Assembly (NCBI GenBank): GCA_043228905.1
Contig: JBHGNT010000013.1
Location: 17,298,001 to 17,362,000, forward strand
Origin: Azolla caroliniana
Taxonomy: Eukaryota; Plantae; Polypodiophyta
Length of the DNA stretch: 64,000 bases
Reading direction: 5' to 3'
The notes under the pieces were generated by a model, which was not told the DNA's origin, searched no databases, and saw only the letters and a list, made by a program, of their open reading frames with translations. Positions 10,981 to 22,582 of this stretch are shown piece after piece; the first letter of the stretch is position 1, and every line of letters begins with the position of its first letter. Position numbers and translations under genes: made by a program.

Positions 10981-11421
10981 TGTTATTCCTTAGGGTCGGA
11001 CAATGGCCTAACACAGGGTGTCTACGGAAGACACTTCACCAAAGGGGTGCTACGGCGAGATAACTTAAGACACAACGATTGATCAGACTTAATTGGTTAC
11101 TTAGCAATATGGCATTAGACTTGATACACGCGCATGATAGAACAATTAGCACAGAACGGTAATCAACACTTAAAGATAAAACAAGAAGCTCTATTAATTG
11201 TCCGTCAAAGTTTTACATTGTAACTAGGCCTTTATATAGGTCCCCGGTGCTGAGTACAAAACGGTGCAACTGACACCTATTCGGAATCGGCCCGGATCCA
11301 GATCAGCATACCGATTCCGGTCCGTTCGTTCACGTCTCATAACATACTTAATTATAATCTATTCCGAATAAACAATCCCTTTCACATTCTGGTCTTTAAC
11401 TCCTTTGCTGGCCAGGTAACA
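10981..11421 (-). repeat. 3' LTR of non-chromovirus Gypsy
   Basis: Diverged direct repeat of 17558-17998, TG..CA. Confidence 0.95.
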
Positions 11422-11653
11422 CATTGCATGCCTGTGGGACAGTACCTTGTACGTCGAATCCCACTATCTGGCCCTTAGACTTCGTCCAAGATATCTAGAA
11501 TACTCTGCTCTAGGGTGTCCAATGGTTCTTCGGAAATCTGTTGTTGTTGTTGCTGTGGCCGCTATTGCTCCGGTTCCGGATCCTCCGACTGTGGCTCCTT
11601 GGATGGCGTCAGTTCGGCTCCTGGTACCGGCGGTTGTGGCGGTGATTCCTCCG

Positions 11654-14116
11654 TCAACTGTTGTGCCGGATTTGAGTCCGGTTGACTCGTCCTGGCCTTG
11701 TCTCTGTCCGGTCCTTGCCCCGACGATGGCTCCTCATCACTGAGGTTGACGGTCGCCGCCTGCTTTGCTTCTTCTTTCCGTATCCTAGTCCGCTCATAGC
11801 TTTCAAATTGGATTGAGCATCCAGTCGATCATCGTCCAACTGTGCTACTAGTTGTCGAACCACTGCTGACTGTTCCTCCGCCAGAGTTACAAAGTCTTCT
11901 GCGAACTCATCTCTTATGGCGGTGAAGTCCTCCTTTGTTAGCATGTAGCAGTCGTCGCCATCCTTCTGCCGGTTTTCCGCGTCGCCCTTAGCAACTGGAG
12001 CTTGACTGTGTGCTTTGCCCATTTGTCCCACCATTGCGCGGAGCATTCGTCAATCAAGTGTTTTGTCTTGTTCCTCCATGCCTGGACAATAAACTGGATC
12101 CGCTCAAGTCCCATCTTTGTTTTGTCCTCCGCGGCTTGCCGTTCTTCCTTCAATTGCTTGATCAGTGTCACCGTGTCCGCCTCCTGCTCCTGGTAATGTG
12201 ACAATTGGTTTTGGTAGGTGTTCTGCAGCCTTTGCAATACCATTGTCGCTCTTTCCTTTTCTTCATAATGCTGCTTATGGAGCTCCATACGTTGTCGTGA
12301 AGATTTTCGGCAATAATGTGAAAATCCCATAAAACGTACAAAATCGAGTATGAATCACGTAGTACAATAATTGTGAAGATAACATTTTAAATAGATTTAA
12401 TATCTAAGTACAAAATGATGGAGGTTTCGAATGCACTTTATTACACGAGAAACAAACAACTAAATGTCAAGATATGAGGGTATAAAGTTTGTAAAAGGAA
12501 AGGAGAAAATTGTGAGATATCCCACATAGGCACGACAAATACAGCTCTCATCATATATAAGGTGGAGCAAAAGATATTATCTTTGTGTTTATGTGTGGAG
12601 CATAGAGAGTTCAAGGTAACTTGACCTAAGAGTGGAGGTGGGCTAGCTACTCGTAAAGGGTTTTGGCTAACCAAAACCGGACCGGCGATGGAGCCGGTGA
12701 TCCGGCGGCATCTGGCATCCGACGATGCACCGGTAACCGACGAGCCAATGGTCGGTCTTGTCCGGAGGGTTGGCTGTTGGTTCCACTAGCCAGTGGTCGG
12801 TCTTGTCCGGTTGCGTCGAGCCGCAACTCTGTTTCTAGTTGGTGACCACTTTGCCGTTCTGGTTCTGGTTGCACCTCCCTTGGCCGCTCCGCCTCTGATT
12901 GCTCTTGACCTGCCGATGCGAGAGGCAACTGTACTGCTGGCGCTTGACTTTCGGGTCTTGACGTATCCTGACCCGTCGGTATAGTTTGTTGTGCAGGGAG
13001 CTCTGTGACCGGTTCTGTCCGAACCGGTTCCGGTTCCACCCTTGGTGCGGGGTGCTCAATGCGGGGTAGAGGCGTTCCATCTTTCTTTGGGTCCGAACGC
13101 TCCCCAGCCTGTTCTGCGGTGCTTGCCTTTTGGCGCCGCTGGAGGTGCTCTAATAGTTCTTCCTCTACTTCCCCATGAGTCCCGATGTTGATTTTTGCTA
13201 CCAAGGGGTCTGACTCTTGTTGAACCAGTCGGTGAAATATGATCTTGATTGGCCGTGCCAGTATCTCCTCCTACGTTTCCACCTGCCGCTTCCTATTGGC
13301 GTGCTCTTTTGCCGCCTTGTCCGTGTCGGTCGCCGTCCCTTTGGTTGTCTTAGAGGCCAACAACTGCTGCCGTTTCGAAGCCGTTTTTGGGGTGCCTTCG
13401 GTCGTTCTCCCCCGCTTTGTGGTCTTGGCAGGATCGATAGGTGGCGCCAATAGGGTGAGCCATTGCGCCACTGCAGTCCATATTTTCCGACCCTCCTTGC
13501 CTCTTACAGAGTCGATGGCTGCACAGACGCCGTCCGCAATCAGTACCGGCCAGTCCACCTTCACGCCTTCATACGTTGCTATGATTAAGCCAACTCGTTT
13601 TTGAGGCATGCACGGGGGTCGAGGGTATACATGTCCAAATTCATGGAGCACATGGGCAATCTCTCGAAATAATGTATCTTTGCTGCCCTGTGTCCTGTAG
13701 GCCTTGCTGGCTAGAGAGTATTCGCCAAAATATTTTCGGAGCTGCTCCGGGGTAGGGTTGTCGATAGTGAAGATGCCTCCCTCTAGAAGGCCAATCAAAT
13801 CATGGATGTCCTCCTCCGTGATCAGCTCTATGTCGATTTCCTTTACTATCTTCTCCGCCTCCTGATGCGGTGGCACCTCCATGATCATGAGGAAACCTTC
13901 TAACCCGTGTTGCCTTAGCCACTTCTTGGTTGCTTTAGAGAGTGCTTGGCAGTCCATGGCTTCTTCGAGGTTGGTCAACGCTGGTGAGGGATGTGTTTCA
14001 GGAGGCTCTGTGTGCGTGGGCTCGCGTCTATTGATCTTTAATCGCTTGTGTGCGGTTGTGCTCCTCTGTTCGCGAAATGTGAAGACCTCCATGCGATGGG
14101 AGTTTTCTTGCTGCAT
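11654..14116 (-). pseudogene. Extra ORF downstream of pol (broken into ORFs 13271-14116, 12647-13204, 11938-12292 and 11654-12046), function unknown
   Basis: Same strand as gag. Globular-looking N-terminal part (WLRQHGLEGFL, ITEEDIHDLIGL, KVDWPVLI), P/Q/E-rich linker and coiled-coil-like tail. Confidence 0.6.
12293..12670 (+). mobile_element. Truncated LTR fragment of the same family as the solo LTR at 30967-31867
   Basis: Starts TGTCGTGAAGA and aligns by eye with 30967-31257; right end uncertain. Confidence 0.8.
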
Positions 14117-16071
14117 GTTGGCGCCTTTTTTCTTCCCCGCGTGTGTGCACGTCGTGTACTAAAATAGAATGTCGTGCCATGTGGTGGCGGTTTAATACCC
14201 TATTAATAGCCCACTACGTACCATTTCAAAGTGCTTGTTCACTCCTTGTTCTTGCATGTGTCCGTTCACACCTCACCCTTGCATGATTTACTTTGATTTG
14301 ATTTGATTTGATTATTATTATTATTTTTTAAATAAAACTGTTTGGTTAATTCGCATCCGGTCCCACTGAACCCCTATCCAAATTGTGGGACTTGCTGACT
14401 GTTGGACTGCTTGTCGTCGCGTCGTTCTTGCCGTTTGGCGGCTCGTGCTCCCTCTTACCGGCTTTGAGCTTGCCGATTGCTAAACGTGTTGCCATCTCTT
14501 CCGACTCACCGGTGTCCGGTTCTATGTTGGCCTTTACTTGTTCAAATGGGTTTCTTGGCATGGGTCCATTGTATGGTTTGAGTCGGAACCCATTGACCCA
14601 TTGACCCAGAACCTCGCCGGCGAGTGTCCCTAACTGGTAGGAATCGTTGAACTCACGCGTGATCCAATATGGTCCGGTCCACCGAAACCGTAGCTTCCCC
14701 AACATCTTACCCATCCGGGTCTGGAATACTAGTACCGGCTTACTGATTCCGAACATCTTTTCGTTCCCTTTTCGGTGACGATCCACGAATGCTTTCCTTT
14801 GCCAATCCTTCCAGCATGTTGACACATTCCGCATATAGCGGCGTCAATTCCTTGCCGGAACCCGACCGTGGTTGAGTCGGTACTCGCATTTTCGCTTTTC
14901 CACGCTGGAACGTAATTATATTCTTCATCCGGTTTTGCTTGATGTGTGCTATTTTTAACCAAGGGAATCCCAACAATAGTGGGTACGCTCCCTGAGCCTG
15001 TAGCTAGAGAAATAATACCGAAATGCGAAATGTGTGACCCTCGATGGTCACTTCCAGATCACGTATTAACCCAGTCGGCCATACTGAGCTTGTGTCCGCC
15101 ATCCGAAGCCAAAACGGGCATGGTTCCCAGTCATGGATTCCTAGAGTGTTACACGTTCGGAGGGTGATCACGTTCACATCGGATCCTCCATCGATAATCT
15201 GGTCGGGTAGCTCTTTTCCTTTCACGATGGCTCTGATTGCCGGACTGCTCGTGTCTACTATCGTCGGTCCTTCCTCCGGATTTGAAAAGAATGTTGGAGC
15301 CGGTGGTGTGTCGACTTCCGTCCTTCCCGTCTTCAATCCTTCTATGAAGCATGGTACCAGTTGCAATAGCCGGCCTAATGGCAACATTATTTGGCATTCT
15401 TGTAACGCCTGCCATGTTGGGTTTTCGGGCTGCCCTAAGTCGGTGAGCTCTTCGGCATTCTCCTTTTGTTGTTCAAGCTCTGCTGCATTCCGCTCATTTG
15501 CCTTCTTCACCCATTCGGTTGCCTACTTCCGGATGGCTTCTTGAGTTTCCCACTCCGTGGCTTTGCCTTTTGATCTTGTAGTGACTTGTTGTAAGTCTGC
15601 GACTTCTGCGTCTAGCATGTTTACTGCTGGTCGCTTGTCGTAGCCCTTCATCGGACATTGGTTACTATTGTGGCCTTCTTGCTGGCAATAATAGCAGTAC
15701 ACCTTTCGAGTGTTGCTGGATTCAGCGTTTGTGCCCGCACCCGGTTGAGGTCCTGTGGTAAGTGCTTGGTTTTGGTCCGGTTGGCTGCTTGGAGCGCCCT
15801 TTTCCGGTTCCCATGGATGACCCCCGTTTTTGTTGAAATGACGTTTCTTGTTGAAATTCTTTTTGTTTTGGTAACCTTGACGGGGCTGGTCATCATACTT
15901 GCCATAGTCGTCGCGTCGTTGGTTGTAACCAGGGGAGTGATCCCGGTTGTATCTCTCGTACCATCCATTATAGTCCCAATATCTATCATGTCTGTCATAC
16001 CGGTCATAAGCGTCTCTTCGATCGCTGTACCGAACATCTTGTGCCAGCCGGTAGCGCTCCTCTCGCCGCCA

Positions 16072-17502
16072 TCATTCTTCTTCTTCCTCCCAGTTGCTTC
16101 GTGGTTCAATTTTCCGGACTGGTGGTGCTTGCCGATTTAAGAAGTTATACTCACACCGTTCCATTATGTGACTTCTGGAGTGGCAGAGCAAGCATTGGGA
16201 ACGCATGGTGCATTCCAACGCCGAATGTCTGGCATTCATGCATGTCGTACATTGAATTGCTTGCCGGAAGCGGAGGTCCTCATTTGTCGGTAGTGCACGC
16301 TGAAGTGCGCCCATGGTTAGCCATGAACTTGATTTTTCCATTTCCCGAACTCGGTCGATCACTTGATCTATGTTGCTAGTGCGGAAATCAATGACGGTGC
16401 ACACCGTTCGTAAGGGTTCCCGAAGTGTTGCTAAGAATATGGCCTTTGTTTCTTGCTCTGGTGGTGCCCGACTGAGCTGACTGTGTATCCGCTGGAACCG
16501 GATGACAAACTGTTGAATGTTCTCCGTTGGTTCCTGCAGGATAATGTAAAATAGGCCTACCATTTCCCGTTTGTCCATCTCCTTGTGAAAGAAATGCAAG
16601 AATTTGGTCTTTAATGCTTCAAACGTGGGGATGGTGCTGGGATCTTGTGTTCGGTGCCATCTGGCGGCAGGTCCCTCCAGGGTCATGCTGAACTCTGCCA
16701 TTTTTTAGTGTTCCTCTTCGGCCGCATTTAAGCGTTGAGACACATGGTTTGCCTCCCAGGTCTGTTGAAACACATGAACATGGGCTTCCGCGTCCGGATC
16801 ATCCCAGTATCTAGGATATTGGAACGACATATCGTCGTCTGGTGTCGGTATGCGGGCTGGTGGTGTCGGTGATCTTTCCTCCTCCTCTGTCGGCGTTAGA
16901 GGTCTTGCTCGCTCCTCTATCAGCGTTAGGGGTCTTTCTTGCTCCTCTTTCGGTGTCAGAGGCCTCTCCTCCTCAACTGCCGGTGTCAGAGGTTTCTCTT
17001 TCTCGACTTCTGGTTCCGGAGTGTGGTCGACTTCTGGTGTCGGAGGTCTCTCTTCCTCGACTTCTGGTTCCGGTGTGTGCTCGACTTCTGGTGTCGGAGG
17101 TTCCAACCTTGTCAATTCTGGTTCCAGTGTCGGCAAGGTATCCGACTCCTCGTCCTCCGGTCCGTTTGGGGTGTCGTTACTAGTGCGGTAGTTCGTATGC
17201 GCGTTGTATTCCCCTTCTGAATCCACTTCAAAAGCCAAAAATGCTTCGGATTCGCCTTCGCCCGCTGCCAATGCCTGGAGAAGGGATTTCGCTTCCCGAA
17301 GGCTACTTAGGCTGCTTCCTTCATCCGGGTAGTCGTTTTGTGGTAACCGAAGTGACTCCTTGGCCACTCTCCGGATCACCTTGGAAAATGAGCGATCCGC
17401 TCTGATTTCTTCTGTCGCTTGCTGGAAAGCCTCTCGCTTCCTCAGCCATTCAGCAAGTCTCCTTGCTTGCTTCGTAACCGGGTCGTTCATTGGTCTAGTC
17501 AT
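16072..17502 (-). pseudogene. Gag of non-chromovirus Gypsy (in-frame stop at 16705-16707)
   Basis: ORFs 16705-17502 and 16072-16701 share a frame. LEGPAARW..FEALKTKFL..F capsid-type motif; two Cys/His knuckles. Confidence 0.82.
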
Positions 17503-17557
17503 CCATTCCCACCGTTGTTCGCTGCGATTGTGCAGGAATTGTAGTCGCCAAAAACTC

Positions 17558-17998
17558 TGTTATTCCTTAGGGCCGGACAATGGCCTAACACAGGGTGTCT
17601 ACGGAAGACACTTCACCAAAGGGGTGCTACAGCGAGATAACTTAAGACACAACGATTCATCAGACTTAATTGGTTACTTAGCAATATGGCATTAGACTTG
17701 ATACACACGCATGATAGAACAATTAACACAGAACGGTAATCAACACTTAAAGATAAAACAAGAAGCTCTATTAATTGCCGTCAAAGTTTTACATTGTAAC
17801 CGGGCCTTTATATAGGTCACCGGTGCTGAGTACAAAACGGTGCCAACCGACACCTGTTCGGAACCGGTCCGGATACAGATTGGCATACCGAATCCGGTTT
17901 GTCCGTTCACATCTCATAAACTACTTAATTATAATCTATTTCGAATAAACAATCCCTTTCACATTCTGGTCTTTAACTCCTTTGCCGGCCGGGTAACA
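17558..17998 (-). repeat. 5' LTR of non-chromovirus Gypsy
   Basis: Repeat of 10981-11421; PBS-like site adjacent at 17541-17550. Confidence 0.95.
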
Positions 17999-18436
17999 CT
18001 CCATGCCCTACAACATGGAGTAGTGTTGCCCCTTGAGACTTCGAGGTCTCCATATCCTGGAACTTATGTCTTTCACTATCACGAGCTTTTTGACGAAAGC
18101 TGTTATAGGTTTTAGGGTTAGGGTTAAGGACGATGATAATCATGATAAAGATAGACATGGTGGTTATGATGATGATGGAGAGTATGGGATTGATGGCGAG
18201 AGAGATCATGTGCATTGAGAAGCATTGCGGGGTGGGGGGTGGTGCCTAGAATGGCTCGACCCCCCTCCCAAGGGGATTCAACGTTGAGGGGGAGAGAGAG
18301 AGAAAGAGAGATGACAAGAGAGAGAGATTGAGAGAGAAAATGATTATTCATGTTTCATTCATTCCCCATAAGGGGTTAAATAGTACAAGAGGGGGTAGAT
18401 ACATAGGGGTGTAAGCCCCATTGAGCATTCATACTG

Positions 18437-19214
18437 TGTTGGGAGACAGGTCCCTCTGGATGGGAAGGGAGAAGAACAGTGCCGACCGAGTACCCGGTTA
18501 CGGAGAGCCGGATGATACAGACCCGGTGAAGACCGGATGAGGAGTACCTGGCTACGGAGAGCCGGATGATACAGACCCGGTGAAGACCGGATGAGGAGTA
18601 CCCGGCTACGGAGAGCCGGATGATACAGACTCGGTGAAGACAGGATGAGGAGTACCTAGCTACGGAGAGCCGGATGATATAGACCCGGTGAAGACCGGAT
18701 GAGGAGTACCCGGCTACGGAGAGCCGGATTGTATAGACCCGGTGAAGAACCGGATGAAGAGACATATTCGTAAATATGTTTCTAAGAGTCCATCGAGGCT
18801 ATATTTGTAAATAGCCAAAAAGTCATATTAGTATAAATATGACTTAGGGCAAACTTTTAGACTGTTGTTGTTGTTATTCTTGTTGGTGCAAGAATAGAGT
18901 GAGTGTGTAACAGTGTACAAAGAGAGAGAGAGAGAGCAAGAGGTCGTTGCCTCTGTTGTAACCGCCGCCTGTGGCGAGGATCGTGAGCACGAGGTCGTTG
19001 CCTCCGTGAACTCACTGTTGTACATTCTAGCATAGTGATAGTTTGCAGCCTGTGGGCTGCCGTGGTTTATTTCCCTCTTTGGGTTTTCCACGTAAACGTC
19101 CTGTGTACTCTTCTCCTCTTTGTGTCGTGCTTTCATTTCCCGTTTTTTCTGTGCATGAATCTAAGCTTGGTTGTGGCCGAGCGTTGCATATAGGGGAGCG
19201 TACAGTTCCTAACA
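18437..19214 (+). mobile_element. Copia-type solo LTR (778 bp) nested in the 5' LTR of the non-autonomous element
   Basis: TGTTGGG..CCTAACA, TSD TACTG/TATTG, absent from the sister LTR. Shares promoter blocks with the LTRs of the Copia at 24427-29753. Confidence 0.9.
18488..18758 (+). repeat. Tandem array, 5 x 54 bp, in solo-LTR U3
   Basis: Unit GAGTACCCGGCTACGGAGAGCCGGATGATACAGACCCGGTGAAGACCGGATGAG starting at 18488, 18542, 18596, 18650 and 18704; no spacers. Confidence 0.95.
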
Positions 19215-21449
19215 TATTGGACAGTCACTCACACCTCCTCGTATCCATCCACATGCACACACGTGTGCATGTGTTCACATACGTATAGACTCACAACTAC
19301 ATTTATGCCCCCTACACATACACAACAACATCATGATAACATTCGACCCTCGCTCATCACACTTGACTCTCCGTACATCTCGTATGGGGTAACACAATAT
19401 GGCACACCCGTGGGAAAGTGCCTTGCACGTCGATCCCACATGCCTTGATGATGATATTTCTTCGACCGAAACTTCCATCGGTCCTTTCATTGATCGACTC
19501 CCTCGATTGGAGTGCTTGACTCGAACATCTTTGTCGGTCAGCAAAACTTCCGCGACAGGAACATTCTCGTTCTGTCGACTTATGAACTTCGTAAAATCAT
19601 TGGGGTCGTCAAAAATATGTTGTATGTATGTGTGTTCTTCCGTTAATTTTTGTGTGGGTTGTCGTGGTCGATCACGTCCATTTCTTTAGGTGGATAAGTT
19701 TTTAAATTTAGGTATTTTTAGCCTGAAATTTTCTAAACGAATGACAATGCCCTTAGGTTTTGAAAACTGTATATGTACCCTTATGTTTTTATAAAATTAT
19801 GTACCCTCAAGGTTTTTATAATTATATTCGATACCCCTATCTCCTTTTCCCCCCTCTCTTTTCTTTCTTTCTTCATTCCTTTTTTTTTTTCCTGTTTTGC
19901 CTCTCCCGCTCTTTTCTGTCTGTCCATCTTTTTCCTGTCTCTCTTCTTTCTCTTCCTGTATGCGGATCTCGTCTTGTCTCTATCAGAGACAGTTCTTGTT
20001 TCTCTCTCTTCTGCGTCCTTCTTGTTCACGATCCCTTCTCCTTCTCCTTCTTCTTCTTCTTCTTCTTCTTCTTCTTCTTCGCATTTCTCTTCTCTCTTCT
20101 TCTTCTGTGACCACCACTATTTCTTCGTTGTGTGTCCATTGCTTGTTCTACGTCTGTCCATTGTTCAACACATCCAATCACCGCCACTTCATCCGACAAC
20201 CTTCTTACAATCGGACCGCCGGTTCGGCCGCTCTAGCTGTTGTCTGGCCGCCCCCTGTCGCCGTCTTTGTCACCGTCTTTGTCCAACATGTCTCTATTTC
20301 CGTCTCTAGCTCCATTGCCGTTGCCATCTCCATCTATTGTCGTTGGCTGACTTCTCTATCGTTGTTAACGGTCTTGTTGGCCGAGGTTCATTGCTTGGCT
20401 GCTCTATTCGGTCTTCATACGGATGACGTTAGACTGCCGTTGTGGTCGTTGTTGTCCGGCCATTCAGGCTCTCCGGCTCCTATCCGGCCGCTCCCGACCA
20501 TTCTGTGCGCTCTGACTGTTGTCCGGTCAGTTTGGCCGCTTCGACTGTTATCCGGCCAATTTGGCCGCTCTTCGTTTTCCAATCCGGTAGTCCTATTTGG
20601 CCCATTTCGACGTGTCTATAGCCGTTGCTCATCCGTCTTTGTTCGGGCCTGTCTGGACACTCCGGTCGCTTCTCCATCTCTGTCTCGTGTCGCCATTCTA
20701 GTTGTTATCGATCGTTCTTCCACTCCTATCCGGCCACACCAGCTTCTCTTTTGCCGCTGTGCGGCCACATTGGCCACTTTTGTGCATTTCAGCCGCTCAT
20801 CTGGATGTCTGTCCGTTGTCTTTTGGCTGTGCGTCTGGTCCGTCTTCTCGGTCATCTGTCCGGTTCTTTCCTACCCGTTTTGTTTTGATATTGGGTAGTC
20901 AGTCGTCTATGTCTTTTGGGCGTTGTCAGTTTTTCTGGCCGTCAATGTCTCGTCAACGACAACATCTCCTTCTCTGTCTACGTTGGCCCTTCTATGTTAA
21001 CCAACTTTGGGTCTGGTTCCGATTCCGGTTCCGACTCTCTCTGTGTTGCTTTGTTTGGAACCATCTCTCGTGCATTCTCAGCACATTTTGCCGGCCTTCG
21101 CTCCACACACTACGCCTTCCACTGCAGTCTCCGGGTGGGCTTCTCTTTCCAGTCGTGCTGGCGCCGGTTCCCTCTGCGTCGTTGTTTGTCCAACCGTGCA
21201 TCTTGCACCACGCATTCGAAACACACACATTGTCGCTAACTGCTTTCGGAACCATGCACATTGACACATTGACTCGCACAAAACGTTGTTTCTATTTCTC
21301 GTCCACTCGCACATACTTTCGCCGAACATTGTCGTCGTCATTTGCACATTTCTGCCATTTCTTGCACTTAGTCGCTATGGCTTGCCCATCCGTGTGTCAT
21401 TCTTCGACTCCGTCTCCAAAGGGGGGTCGCCTTAGTGGTCGTCAAAAGG

Positions 21450-21962
21450 TGTTGTATGTTTTAGGGTTAGGGTTAAGGACGATGATAATCATGATAAAGA
21501 TAGACATGGCGGTTATGATGATGATGGAGAGTATGGGATTGATGGCGAGAGAGATCATGTGCATTGAGAAGCATTGCGGGGTGGGGGGTGGTGCCTAGAA
21601 TGGCTCCACCCCCCTCCCAAGGGGATTCAACGTTGAGGGGGAGAGAGAGAGAAAGAGAGATGACAAGAGAGAGAGAGATTGAGAGAGAAAATGATTATTC
21701 ATGTTTCTTTCATTCCCCATAAGGGGTTAAATAGTACAAGAGGGGGTAGATACATAGGGGTGTAAGCCCCATTGAGCATTCATACTGGACAGTCACTCAC
21801 ACCTCCTCGTATCCATCCACATGCACACATGTGTGCATGTGTTCACATACGTATAGACTCACAACTACATTTATGCCCCCTACACATACACAACAACATC
21901 ATGATAACATTCGACCCTCGCTCATCACACTTGACTCTCCGTAAATCTCGTACGGGGTAACA
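21450..21962 (+). repeat. 3' LTR of non-autonomous element (513 bp)
   Basis: Matches 18101-18436 joined to 19220-19394. Confidence 0.95.
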
Positions 21963-22158
21963 AAAGCAATTCTACTACCTCTCACTCTAGTTATAGCAGT
22001 GGCCACCATACTAGCTCATCCAACTCTCGTAACACTACTTCGACAAATTAGCAGCGTATTGATGTGGTACCATACTCCTTAGAGAACATTTGCTCGGATG
22101 CATGTCAATAAATAGTGGGTGAATGTGATGTGGACTTTAGAATCAAATTCTTTTGAGG

Positions 22159-22582
22159 GATAAGGATGAGTGAAGATGGTGTGGGGGGTGAAGCAGAATA
22201 TTATGAGTAGGTGAAGAAATTATTTACACTAAATTTGTGTTGTCTATTATACAAGATGTTTGATGGAAATCGGTGAGATGGCAAGATGATTAACGAGTTT
22301 GAGTTGTTGCAGAAGATTTATGTTGATCATTACGATGACTGATGTTGGTGTGGTGGTAGGGATTGAAGCATATGGATTTTTTTGTGGGATAAGGATGAGT
22401 GAAGATGGTGTGGGGGGTTGAAGCATGTGAAGATGGTGTGGGGATAAAGATGAGTGAAGCTAGCACTTGCGTAGACATGCGAACATATGGAACATGGTGG
22501 TAATTGGCATGGTTGATGCGGACTTAATGAAGAAATGTTTTGTGAGATAAGGATGAGTGAAGATGGTGTGGGGGTCAAAGCA
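22159..22582 (+). repeat. Dispersed degenerate repeat GATAAGGATGAGTGAAGATGGTGTGGGG, about 4 copies
   Basis: Copies near 22159, 22388, 22443 and 22546. Confidence 0.7.

Larger units (their letters stand above)
10981..17998 (-). mobile_element. Non-chromovirus (Athila/Tat/Ogre-like) Ty3/Gypsy element, internally deleted, with an extra 3' ORF
   Basis: 441-bp LTRs 10981-11421 and 17558-17998, TSD CTCCA at 10976-10980 and 17999-18003. PBS-like TGGCGACTAC 7 nt inside the 5' LTR. Gag 17502-16072, CCHC near 15653-15700, protease IIDGGSDVN (15004-15510), integrase C-terminus GKLRFRWTGPY (14346-14834). RT, RNase H and integrase core are absent. Confidence 0.9.
18101..21962 (+). mobile_element. Non-autonomous LTR element (Tat-like PBS, no recognisable gag/pol)
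   Basis: LTRs 18101-19394 (interrupted) and 21450-21962, TSD AAAGC at 18096-18100 and 21963-21967, PBS TGGCACACCCGTGGGA at 19400-19415, 2-kb pyrimidine-rich interior. Confidence 0.9.
10144..22035 (+). pseudogene. Receptor-like (LecRK-type) kinase-domain pseudogene copy 1, in three pieces: 10144-10980, 17999-18100 and 21963-~22035
   Basis: AYNTVYKG, LQHPHLVELKGWC, H*DVKAANVLL, GTLGYITPE, KVDVYSY, ..MQEVLH|ALQHGVVLP rejoin across the TSDs. Several stops and frameshifts. Confidence 0.88.

Noticed and set aside
13271-14116. Envelope gene
   Set aside because: No signal peptide or clear transmembrane helix visible; left as an unknown extra ORF.
16702-16707. Programmed readthrough in Gypsy gag
   Set aside because: The element is old with many lesions; a simple nonsense mutation is sufficient.
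18111-18130. Interstitial telomere or chromosome-fusion scar
   Set aside because: Only about three mixed units, and they are part of both LTR copies.
18488-18758. Regular repeat array as CRISPR
   Set aside because: Head-to-tail 54-bp units without unique spacers, inside a plant LTR, with no cas genes.
19760-21598. Long ORFs (333, 298 and 178 aa) as genes
   Set aside because: Low-complexity C/T-rich sequence is depleted of stops, several frames are open at once, and no domain motifs are present.
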